A stretch of 64,000 bases of DNA from Candidatus Pacearchaeota archaeon (GTDB lineage Bacteria; Patescibacteriota; Minisyncoccia; Minisyncoccales; UBA5738). Under the pieces are notes generated by a model that worked only from the letters and a program-made list of their open reading frames with translations, was not told the origin of the DNA and searched no databases. Positions 1 to 7,453 of the stretch are shown piece after piece. A program made the translations under genes and the position numbers. The first letter of the stretch is position 1. Every line of letters starts with the position of its first letter. The stretch lies in assembly GCA_035362275.1 (NCBI GenBank), contig DAOSDI010000002.1, positions 2,232 through 66,231 of the forward strand. Reading direction: 5' to 3'.

Positions 1-719
1 TACAAATCGTTATCAATAAGTCCGAGTGAAAAATCTTCATTCTGGCGCCGACAGAACAAAGCGTCTTGGGCAAATTCCTTATAAACTTTAATATTTGGAA
101 ATTTTTGATTTAAGTCTTCTCGGTCAAGAATAGAAAAATTCCTAATGCCGAAAGATTCCCCCAAACTGCAAAACGGATAATCCAGCGCGAATTGAAACGC
201 TTTATCAAAATTTTTTACCGCTCCCGCGATCCCTCCTTCAAAAAGCTCAAAGGGATTTAAAACTTGGATATAAGCATCAACATATTGCAAGTATTCTTCA
301 GAGCTAATAACTCTTGCCTTATAGGATCCTTGGAAAATTCTACCGGACTCTCCGTATTTGGCATTTGTGTAATTGGTAAATCCAATTCCCAATTTTTGCA
401 TTAACATAGCGATACCACCAGCAATGATTTCTCGTAAAAGCAAATGAAAATGATTAGGCATCAAACAGAATGTTTTAACTTCAACCAACGGTTTGCGCTC
501 AGACCAACTTGGCGGCCATTCAAAATCGTTGCATCGTCCGCTTTTTTTCAAAAAAAATAATTCCTGAAAAACTTTTTCTGTTGATTTTTGATTATTAAAA
601 TAGCGCAAGATATTCATAAGCCGCCAATAATCCTCATTACCATTAAAAATTACCATCTTACGATTTCCCCGATTATAAATGTGGGCATAATCGCCCACTG
701 AAATTTCGTCCTTCCTCAT
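1..719 (-). CDS. IS200/IS605-type HUH Y1 transposase, REP-associated tyrosine transposase (RAYT)-like; C-terminus runs off the left window edge
   Basis: Not in the ORF track because it is open to position 1. My translation from the ATG at 719-717 reads MRKDEISVGDYAHIYNRGNRKMVIF...KTFCLMPNHFHLLLREI...KYGESGRIFQGSYKARVI. LMPNHFHLLL is the HUH motif and GRIFQGSYK the Tyr-bearing segment typical of the Y1 transposase (COG1943) family. Confidence 0.8.
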   Translation of the reverse strand, partial: MRKDEISVGDYAHIYNRGNRKMVIFNGNEDYWRLMNILRYFNNQKSTEKVFQELFFLKKSGRCNDFEWPPSWSERKPLVEVKTFCLMPNHFHLLLREIIAGGIAMLMQKLGIGFTNYTNAKYGESGRIFQGSYKARVISSEEYLQYVDAYIQVLNPFELFEGGIAGAVKNFDKAFQFALDYPFCSLGESFGIRNFSILDREDLNQKFPNIKVYKEFAQDALFCRRQNEDFSLGLIDNDL

Positions 720-736
720 AGATTTTTATTTTTATT

Positions 737-840
737 GTAGCGATATTTCTAGCGATATTAAATATCGCTAAGATTATTTTAGCATAATTTTTGTAGCGAT
801 ATCAAATAGCGATACTTGATAGCGATACTTGATATCGCTA
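737..840. repeat. Cluster of REP-like hairpin half-sites TAGCGATA(T/C)
   Basis: GTAGCGATAT (737-746). Perfect hairpin TAGCGATAT-TAA-ATATCGCTA (750-770). Block GTAGCGATAT-CAA-ATAGCGATA-CTTG-ATAGCGATA-CTTG-ATATCGCTA (793-840). The cluster starts 18 bp upstream of the RAYT start codon. Confidence 0.7.
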
Positions 841-850
841 TGAAAAGAGG

Positions 851-890
851 CAAAACAAGAGCTCTGCCCCGAAGGGAGCAGAGCTCTTTG
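851..890 (-). terminator. Rho-independent terminator after the surface-protein gene
   Basis: 10-bp perfect stem AGAGCTCTGC (858-867) / GCAGAGCTCT (878-887). On the minus strand it is followed by a T-rich run (TTGTTTTGCCTCTTTT). It lies about 40 nt after the stop at 927. Confidence 0.6.
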
Positions 891-926
891 CCGCGCTTCG
901 CCACAAGAGAAGCGACTTGACTCAAA

Positions 927-3005
927 CTAGCGCAAGTAAATCGCCGGGCTGATCCACGCCGCTTCGCCATTCATATAACTTGAAGTTACGCTGGTCGGAG
1001 TGGTAGACAGATGCCCCCAATTAATGGAGTTCACCCGAATATCATAGGTGCCCGCGACACCACCATTACTGGCAGTGGCCTTCACCGCGAACGTCGCCGA
1101 GTTCCCTTCGCTAACCTTATAGGTGCCACCCACCAACACTGTGTTGTCCGGTTGGACATAAGTCACATCATTCAGCGTTGCTTGAACACCACCAACACTG
1201 GATTTGATAACAAACGCATCCGTGCTGGTCGCCGAAATGTAGACATCACCGTTCACCGCTTTCACTTGGATGTTGAAAGTCGCCGACATCGTGGAACTCG
1301 CACCATCAAACGGAGCTTGCGTGTTGTCCGTAGTAATACTGGCCAAAGTGAATTCCGGACCCTCGGCATAGATATACGCCGCGTTGCTGGTCGCAGTTCC
1401 CGTGCTCGTGCCAGTGGTGCCATTGCTCTTGGTGAAACCAACTTTGCCCGTGCCGATCGCAACCGTATAGGTGTCTCCATCATCGGCCGACACACGAGTA
1501 CCGGTATTAGGCGCCGCCAAAGTATCGTCAACTTTGATTGACAGAGTCTTGGTCGTACCTTTGGAAATGGTGTAGTCCAATTCGGTGAAGTCATTGTTTC
1601 CGGCAGTAGCGTTGGGGCTAATCGTGCCGATCACCGTGCCGCCATCGTCAACCACGTAAGCGGTCGCGGGAATCTGGGACGCACCAAAGTCAACATCCAA
1701 AATCTCGTCAATGATCAAATCGTCCTTGCTGGCCTTCAAATCAAAGGTCATCAATGTCGCGCCGCTGATTTCCTGATTGGAATCGGCGACAATATTCCGC
1801 TTCTTGGGGCTGTTGGCATTTAAGCTCAACGCCAAAGTCGCGTTCGCGGCCTGCGATTCGTTGACAGTGAAACTGCGATTTACATCACCATATTCCACGC
1901 CGCCGTATTGGTTCAAACCGGCTTGGTCAACCGCGCGCACTGCAGTTGCAGAAGGCATACCGATGTTGATCGTTTGGCTGGTAGTAGTGGTTTGGAATAA
2001 ACCGCTGGAAATACCGGGCAAAACATCCAACTTCACTGTCAACACTTTGTCGGTATTGACCGGTACAATAACTTTGCTGGTGAATCCCGCCAAAGTGATC
2101 TGATAGTTGGTGCTGGTCACCTTGGAAACCGTGGTGGAATTCAACGCGCTGGAAGCAATTTGCGTGTCGCCGTCATACAAATACACGTTGGTAAAATATG
2201 AGTAAGGCTGGGCGCCAAATTGCAAAGTCACGCGTTGAACATCAACATCGGAGCCAGTGGCTTTCACTTTCAGGCCCATCACCGCCACTTTTTCATCACC
2301 TTCGTAGGTCTTGGTACCGTTGGCCGGGCTGGGGTTCACGGAAACCGTGATGGAACCTTCCTGACCGGTCATGGTCAAGCCAGTGCCGGTGGAAGTGCTC
2401 GTGGACGAGCAGGATTCACCCGTAACCGGGCTGTAACCCGCGGTAGAAGTGCATCCTTCAGGCAAAGTGGTGCCGGTCGTGCCGGTGGTGCCAGTTTCGC
2501 CCGTGGTGCCGGTCGTGCCGCCAACCAACATCGCGTTCAATTTCGCGCGAGTGGAAGCACCCACAAAACCGGTGCCCGCGGTCAAACCGACCGGAGCCAA
2601 AATTTCCGCGGCGTATTTGTTTTGAAACGCCACCACCGCGGCTTTGGTCAAACCGCCAAAATACTGAGATTCATTGCCCGCCGAACCCACGCCGGAAGCC
2701 GCCACTTGCGTCGCCGGATCCTGGTTCAACAAAGCTTGCAAACACTGCACATCGGTTCCTTGCGAACCCAACGTCAAATTCCTCGTGAAGCTGATCCCCG
2801 CGCACGCCGCCGGAGCGGTTGAGGAAGTCGTGCCCGTGGTAGTCGTGGTGGTTCCCAATTGTCCCATCAAAGACGCCAATTGCGCCTGAAGCTGGGCAAT
2901 TTGAGCCGCCAATTCTTCGGCAGTCGCCGCTTGTCCCGCGGACGGAACAATCGCGGCCGCCATCGCCAACGCAATTACGCCGGCGAATAATTTCTTGCTA
3001 TTCAT
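927..3005 (-). CDS. Secreted/cell-surface protein with an N-terminal peptidoglycan-binding-like domain, T/G-rich linkers and a beta-rich repeat region
   Basis: Signal peptide MNSKKLFAGVIALAMAAAIVPSAGQA. The segment GSQGTDVQCLQALLNQ...YFGGLTKAAVVAFQNKY resembles PG_binding_1. TTGTTG linkers and a long Ser/Thr/Gly-rich beta region follow. Confidence 0.55.
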   Translation of the reverse strand: MNSKKLFAGVIALAMAAAIVPSAGQAATAEELAAQIAQLQAQLASLMGQLGTTTTTTGTTSSTAPAACAGISFTRNLTLGSQGTDVQCLQALLNQDPATQVAASGVGSAGNESQYFGGLTKAAVVAFQNKYAAEILAPVGLTAGTGFVGASTRAKLNAMLVGGTTGTTGETGTTGTTGTTLPEGCTSTAGYSPVTGESCSSTSTSTGTGLTMTGQEGSITVSVNPSPANGTKTYEGDEKVAVMGLKVKATGSDVDVQRVTLQFGAQPYSYFTNVYLYDGDTQIASSALNSTTVSKVTSTNYQITLAGFTSKVIVPVNTDKVLTVKLDVLPGISSGLFQTTTTSQTINIGMPSATAVRAVDQAGLNQYGGVEYGDVNRSFTVNESQAANATLALSLNANSPKKRNIVADSNQEISGATLMTFDLKASKDDLIIDEILDVDFGASQIPATAYVVDDGGTVIGTISPNATAGNNDFTELDYTISKGTTKTLSIKVDDTLAAPNTGTRVSADDGDTYTVAIGTGKVGFTKSNGTTGTSTGTATSNAAYIYAEGPEFTLASITTDNTQAPFDGASSTMSATFNIQVKAVNGDVYISATSTDAFVIKSSVGGVQATLNDVTYVQPDNTVLVGGTYKVSEGNSATFAVKATASNGGVAGTYDIRVNSINWGHLSTTPTSVTSSYMNGEAAWISPAIYLR

Positions 3006-3247
3006 TGTTTATTTTTTTTGTTTTACACAGGTTATGGATCAATGCCATAACCTTCTTAACTTTTGTCGCGCCGACCCTTTCTTCGCGAAACCGCGAAATT
3101 CCTCCCCGCCAAAGCTTTAAAGCGGTGAAGATCGCGACTGCTTATTCTCCTTTTGCCCCTCCTTACGTCGGGACGCGGGAGAGATTTGCCGCGCTTCTTT
3201 CAAAGACCGGCAAATCTCTCCCGCAAGCTTTTTTCTGTTTTGATTTT

Positions 3248-4021
3248 CTAATTGTTGAGCGAACTGTTCAAGTAGTAATCAATGGCTTGAGAATAGGTGC
3301 CCGCGGAATATAATTCCCGCACCTTGTTGAGATCAGCCATTTTCTCTTGTGGCAACATTTCCTCTTCGTTTAAATAAACGATCAGCGATTCAATAATCTG
3401 TTTGTCCAAGACCACTTCGGCGCGCGGATCTTCTTCCCCGGCGCCCGGCTCCGCGCCCAGCACGGCATAAACCTGCTTTTCCCTGTCGTCAATTTCTTTC
3501 ATCGCCCGCGCCGCCTGCTTGGCAATCTCGCCGGCCTTCCGGGGATTTTTTTTCACCATCGCGGCCACTTCTTTTTTGGCTTCGGTCTTCGCGGTCTGAT
3601 ACTCGTCCATCGCCGCCGGCAAGTTCCGCGCCAGATTCCGGCGGGAAATAATGTCAATTTCTTCCAGCCGCTTGGCGGCCAGCTGCAGATTCGCCGCGGC
3701 GACATCGCCGCGCCGGACTTGTCCCATCACCATCGCACTTCCTTTTTCCGCGGCTTTTTTCAATCCGTATAGCGGCTCCCCGGGCAACGCATTCTGCGCC
3801 GAAGCCAGCAATCCCCCGCCGGCGCCCGCCGCCAGAATCAATCCGGCCAATGCCGCGCGATATTGAAAAACAAAGCGGCGCAAAAAGATCATCGGCGAGC
3901 TTTTTGCCGCCATCGCTTCCGGCCCCATAATGCGCGTTTTGCACGAAACCACCCAATCGTTATCAGGCGCAATTTCCCGCAAAGTCTTTATTCGGTTGAT
4001 CAATGCTTTTTCGGAGTTCAT
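3248..4021 (-). CDS. Single-pass membrane protein, DUF5667-like; putative anti-sigma partner of the upstream ECF sigma factor
   Basis: TM segment AALAGLILAAGAGGGLLA is followed by LPGEPLYGLKKAAEKG, the motif characteristic of DUF5667. The gene lies directly downstream of the ECF sigma gene. Confidence 0.5.
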   Translation of the reverse strand: MNSEKALINRIKTLREIAPDNDWVVSCKTRIMGPEAMAAKSSPMIFLRRFVFQYRAALAGLILAAGAGGGLLASAQNALPGEPLYGLKKAAEKGSAMVMGQVRRGDVAAANLQLAAKRLEEIDIISRRNLARNLPAAMDEYQTAKTEAKKEVAAMVKKNPRKAGEIAKQAARAMKEIDDREKQVYAVLGAEPGAGEEDPRAEVVLDKQIIESLIVYLNEEEMLPQEKMADLNKVRELYSAGTYSQAIDYYLNSSLNN

Positions 4022-4128
4022 ATTTTTGGGCTCACACTACCGATGACGCAAAATCCGCGAAAATGTTACACTAGACAAAAATTAGCATTAAGGCGCCTAA
4101 GTTTATTCACACTTAAAATTCTTTTGCC

Positions 4129-4167
4129 AGGGTCTAACCCCCGCGATTACACGGGGGATAGACCCTT
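4129..4167. repeat. GGGTCTAACCC-family hairpin (solo copy)
   Basis: AGGGTCTAACCCCCGCG-ATTACA-CGGGGGATAGACCCTT is an imperfect palindrome with the same GGGTCTAACCC / GATAGACCC arms as the elements at 5690 and 60934. Confidence 0.6.
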
Positions 4168-4226
4168 GGAATACAAGAATACGCCACCCCAGCAAGTGGC
4201 TACTTTCCACCTCTTGGCAAAGTTAT

Positions 4227-4739
4227 TCAAGAAAGATAGTTTTTTAATTCTTTCATCGCGCGGTGGAGCAAAACTCGCGTCGCCTCTTCAGAACGGTCCA
4301 GGAGTTGGGACACTTCTTTAATTGATAGGTCATCAAGGTAACGCCAGATAATCGCGTTCTGGTAATCATCGTTGAGATGGGACATCGCCTGCCGAACAGT
4401 GTTCATTTCAGATGCCAACATCGCTTTCTTTTCCAAATCAATTTTTGGGTCCGGCAAAAAATTTTCCACCGTTTCGGGCGGTACGGTCTTGATCTTTCCC
4501 GCGGCACGGTAATGGTCAACCATCAGATTTCGGGCGGTTTTATACAAAAACGCGCGCGGATTTTGGACGGCGCCGGGATCTTTCTTGAATTTTTCCCAGC
4601 ACCGCGCAAACGCTTCCGCGGTCAAATCTTGCGCCACCTCCTTGGAGTTCACCCGCAAAAAAACGAAGCGGTAGACTTTTTTGGCGCAATCATCATAGAG
4701 ACGGCTGAATTTTTCTTGATTTTGATCCATGCCAAACAT
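4227..4739 (-). CDS. ECF-type RNA polymerase sigma-70 family factor
   Basis: Region 2 (YRFVFLRVNSKEVAQDLTAEAF...FLYKTARNLMVDHYR) and region 4 HTH (LSIKEVSQLLDRSEEATRVLLHRAMKELK) are both present. Confidence 0.85.
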   Translation of the reverse strand: MFGMDQNQEKFSRLYDDCAKKVYRFVFLRVNSKEVAQDLTAEAFARCWEKFKKDPGAVQNPRAFLYKTARNLMVDHYRAAGKIKTVPPETVENFLPDPKIDLEKKAMLASEMNTVRQAMSHLNDDYQNAIIWRYLDDLSIKEVSQLLDRSEEATRVLLHRAMKELKNYLS

Positions 4740-4818
4740 CTTGACATCTTATCACATTTTTGTTCTAAAATCAACCAATTCCATGAAAAACTCGCGGGGA
4801 AATTCCGCCCGGACGGTA

Positions 4819-5571
4819 TCAAGACAGATTGATTTTCAGTTTATAGGCGGTGGTGTTGCGCTCGCCGGTTCTTTCAATCAATCCCTGTTCCAGCATTGAA
4901 CGGAAATCGCGCCGGATCGTGCGCTTGCTCACGCGGGGAAAAATGTTTTGTATCTCCCAAACCTGCGCCCGCCCTTTCTCCTTCAAAAATTCCGCGATGC
5001 GGTTTTGCCGCGCAATCTGCGCGGCAGTCAGGCTGATTTGACCGGACCCGCGGTTTTCGCCGTTTCCTCCCCCCTCAGTTTCGTTTTCATCTTCTCCGGC
5101 AACGACAGATTCCCCCGCCGGCGCCAGATCGCGCGGCAAGTTCGGGATCAGGGACGCGGGAGATGCGGACGGCACCAAAACAAAGTTCGGGCCGGCAATG
5201 GGCGCGTCATTTTGCGGCGCCGCCGGCGCTTCACCAAAACAGGACTTATCGGCATATTTCTCTTCCGCGGACGCCGGAATCGTTTCTTTTCGCGCGATAA
5301 ATTCCCGGCTCATTTGCTCAAGGCAATCCCGCAAAGACGCGATTCTCTCCGGCGAAACCCAATTCTGGCCGGCGGCAATTTCAAGCTGAATATCCGCCAA
5401 TTCAAAAAGGCGGCAAAGAGTTTCGGCATAATCGTTTTTTTTCATCACCAACTCGGCGACCGCCTCATCGGCGGTTTGGCGCAAATAATGGCGCAGGGGC
5501 TCTTTTTTGGGAAAAAGAAGCGTGATTTCGTAAATATTTTTTGCGAATTGAACCAGCGTGTTTTTGTCCAT
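4819..5571 (-). CDS. Putative regulator: N-terminal four-helix-bundle (rRNA-IVS-protein-like) domain fused to a C-terminal DeoR-type wHTH
   Basis: N-terminus IYEITLLFPKKEPLRHYLRQTADEA resembles the four-helix-bundle family. C-terminus RIAEFLKEKGRAQVWEIQNIFPRVSKRTIRRDFRSMLEQGLIERTG is DeoR-HTH-like. A low-complexity linker joins them. Confidence 0.5.
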   Translation of the reverse strand: MDKNTLVQFAKNIYEITLLFPKKEPLRHYLRQTADEAVAELVMKKNDYAETLCRLFELADIQLEIAAGQNWVSPERIASLRDCLEQMSREFIARKETIPASAEEKYADKSCFGEAPAAPQNDAPIAGPNFVLVPSASPASLIPNLPRDLAPAGESVVAGEDENETEGGGNGENRGSGQISLTAAQIARQNRIAEFLKEKGRAQVWEIQNIFPRVSKRTIRRDFRSMLEQGLIERTGERNTTAYKLKINLS

Positions 5572-5689
5572 AGTCGTTTTGTCCTCCCGACATCAAAATA
5601 TCCGCTTTAAAAAGCGGCGCCGTCAATTTCTTTATACGCTTTTTTGGCCGAATTGTCCAAAATCTCACCGGTAGCCACTCACCGGGTCT

Positions 5690-5802
5690 AAAATTAAAGG
5701 GGTCTATCCCTCGTTAATGCGAGGGTTGGTCCCTTTTAATTCTGCATTCGGATTCTCTGGGAAGGGTCTAACCCTCGCGAGGACGCGAGGGTTAGACCCT
5801 TA
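5690..5802 (+). repeat. Composite two-hairpin repeat element (GGGTCTAACCC family), full copy
   Basis: Hairpin 1 at 5696-5737, conserved linker TAATTCTGCATTCGGATTCTCTGG, and hairpin 2 GGGTCTAACCCTCGCGAGGACGCGAGGGTTAGACCC at 5761-5802. It is near-identical in architecture to 60934-61045 and, as a partial reverse copy, to 42855-42917. Confidence 0.8.
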
Positions 5803-5821
5803 TCCCCGCGAGTGGTCACCC

Positions 5822-6538
5822 TTACCGATTTTCGGCACGGGGCGTACCGCCGGCAAGCGCCGATGTCTGCCAGCCCAAGTCCGGCCGGCGGAACATTGTT
5901 TTTTTGGAGAGATTGTCGCCGGCCGGCCATTTGGCCGGCGCCATCGCCGCATCGGCCAAGCGGCAGTTATCGTCAAACAAATAAAGCGCTTCGTTTTGAT
6001 TGCCCAAAGCTCCTTTGTAGGTTTTATCGGCGGCAACTTGCGGCACGGAATCATCATCGGTGCGCTCCAATAAATACAACCCTTGCGGCGGCAAAGTTTC
6101 ATCGCCGGTGAAAACGATTTTGATCTTCCGGTTTTTGTTTTGCAATTGCCATCCGGCAAGACCAACCTCTTGGCCGGAAATATTTTTCAACTCAATCCAT
6201 TCATCGCTGTAATTGGCTACCGTGCCCATCCAGGCAACTTCGCTGATGATCGCCGATTTTTGCGGCACGGCCGGCGCGGCGGCAAAATCGCACCAGACTA
6301 CCGGCGCCGTTTTTCCGGTTTTGGCCGGCGTGTTTTCCGTCCCCGCGTCTTCCCGCTCCGGCAAAGCTTCCGTGCGCGGCTTGATTTCCGTCCATCCGTT
6401 CCCGTACCAGGCGCCACCCAAGTTCGCGCTCAAAAAACCGGCGCCGTGTTGGCGCCACAACAACGTTCCTCCGGCCAAAAGCCCAACGAACAGCGCGCCG
6501 ATCACCGCCGCTTGTTTTTTGGACAAATAAAATGGCAT
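5822..6538 (-). CDS. Membrane-anchored lamin-tail-domain (LTD) protein
   Basis: ISEVAWMG...SDEWIELKNISGQEVGLAGWQL...LPPQGLYLLERT is LTD-like. I moved the start to the ATG at 6538 (MPFYLSKKQAAVIGALFVGLL, a TM anchor) because the longer ORF-track start lies inside the repeat element at 6594-6754. Confidence 0.65.
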   Translation of the reverse strand: MPFYLSKKQAAVIGALFVGLLAGGTLLWRQHGAGFLSANLGGAWYGNGWTEIKPRTEALPEREDAGTENTPAKTGKTAPVVWCDFAAAPAVPQKSAIISEVAWMGTVANYSDEWIELKNISGQEVGLAGWQLQNKNRKIKIVFTGDETLPPQGLYLLERTDDDSVPQVAADKTYKGALGNQNEALYLFDDNCRLADAAMAPAKWPAGDNLSKKTMFRRPDLGWQTSALAGGTPRAENR

Positions 6539-6593
6539 ATTAAAACGCAAATATTCGCGCGGCTGGCCTGCTTCCGGAGAGCAGATTCTACAA

Positions 6594-6754
6594 GGGTCTA
6601 TTGCCGAATTGGCTTTGGCTGCAATTTCCATCTTTCGGCTGCGCCAAATTCGTCAATCGTCGGCATACTTTAAGCCAAGTATGCCTCCTCTTTCCTCATT
6701 TGACTCGCGCAAAATCTGAAAATTTCGCTTCAAAGCCAATTCGGCAACAGACCC
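6594..6754 (-). repeat. 161-nt long-hairpin element (copy B), candidate MITE or structured RNA
   Basis: 24-bp terminal inverted repeats GGGTCTATTGCCGAATTGGCTTTG / CAAAGCCAATTCGGCAACAGACCC. The central core is shared with 13853-14014 in the opposite orientation. TACAA flanks both ends (6589-6593 and 6755-6759). Confidence 0.7.
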
Positions 6755-7449
6755 TACAAGTCAGCGGCCTTTTTGATCTTGGCAACCGAAATTACCGCAA
6801 CTTGCCCCGATTCGGCCACTTGGGCGATCCCCAGAAAATTACCCTCAATGTCAAACACCGGCGCGCCCGCGGAAGCGGCGTCTTCATAAATGTTGGTCAC
6901 AATCTTATCGCCGGAAACCGCGCGCACCGTCCCTTCGTTGGCAAAAAATTCACCGGACGCCAACGCGCCGACCAAAAAAATCCGCTCTCCCAGCGGCAAA
7001 TCCTCCTGTTGATAAAATCCCGCGGTGAATAAATCCGCATCATTCAAACGCAAAATCGCCAAATTCGCATCCTTGTCGCGCTTCACCACCTCAAAGCCAA
7101 TCTTTTCGCCGGCGGAAAAAACTTCCGCCGCGGCGCCGGCCGGATAGGCGCTGTTTAACGTTACTGCCAGTCCATCAGAGGTGATCGCCGCGCCGGAAAC
7201 CGTGTGGCCGCCGCCGGTCTTGACGGCGATTGCCATATTTTTCACTTTGGCGATGGCATTCTTCAACGCCTTGTTCTCTTGAATCACCGTTTCGCTCTTT
7301 TCAATTTTTGGCGACGAAAGTGTTGACGACAAATAAAGAGGCGCCAGTTCCACGCATTGATAGAAGGAAATCAATCCCCCCGCGGCACCGCCCGCGACCA
7401 GCAATGCGGCAGTCGCGGCGATTTTCAGAATTTTTTTGAATTTTATCAT
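6754..7449 (-). CDS. Membrane-anchored trypsin-fold (S1C/HtrA-like) protein with a degenerate catalytic triad
   Basis: It aligns by eye to the HtrA paralog in this window, with His replaced by Ser (VTLNSAY vs LTNKHVV), Asp by Asn (ANLAILRL vs NDIAVVKI) and Ser by Ala (ASAGAP vs GNSGGP). The gene starts 5 nt after the clpB stop. Confidence 0.6.
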   Translation of the reverse strand: MIKFKKILKIAATAALLVAGGAAGGLISFYQCVELAPLYLSSTLSSPKIEKSETVIQENKALKNAIAKVKNMAIAVKTGGGHTVSGAAITSDGLAVTLNSAYPAGAAAEVFSAGEKIGFEVVKRDKDANLAILRLNDADLFTAGFYQQEDLPLGERIFLVGALASGEFFANEGTVRAVSGDKIVTNIYEDAASAGAPVFDIEGNFLGIAQVAESGQVAVISVAKIKKAADL

Positions 7450-7453
7450 TGGT

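Noticed and set aside
779-970. 63-aa minus-strand ORF across the REP cluster and terminator
   Set aside because: It is composed of the translated hairpin repeats and terminator stem, has no start context, and overlaps the 3' end of the surface-protein gene.
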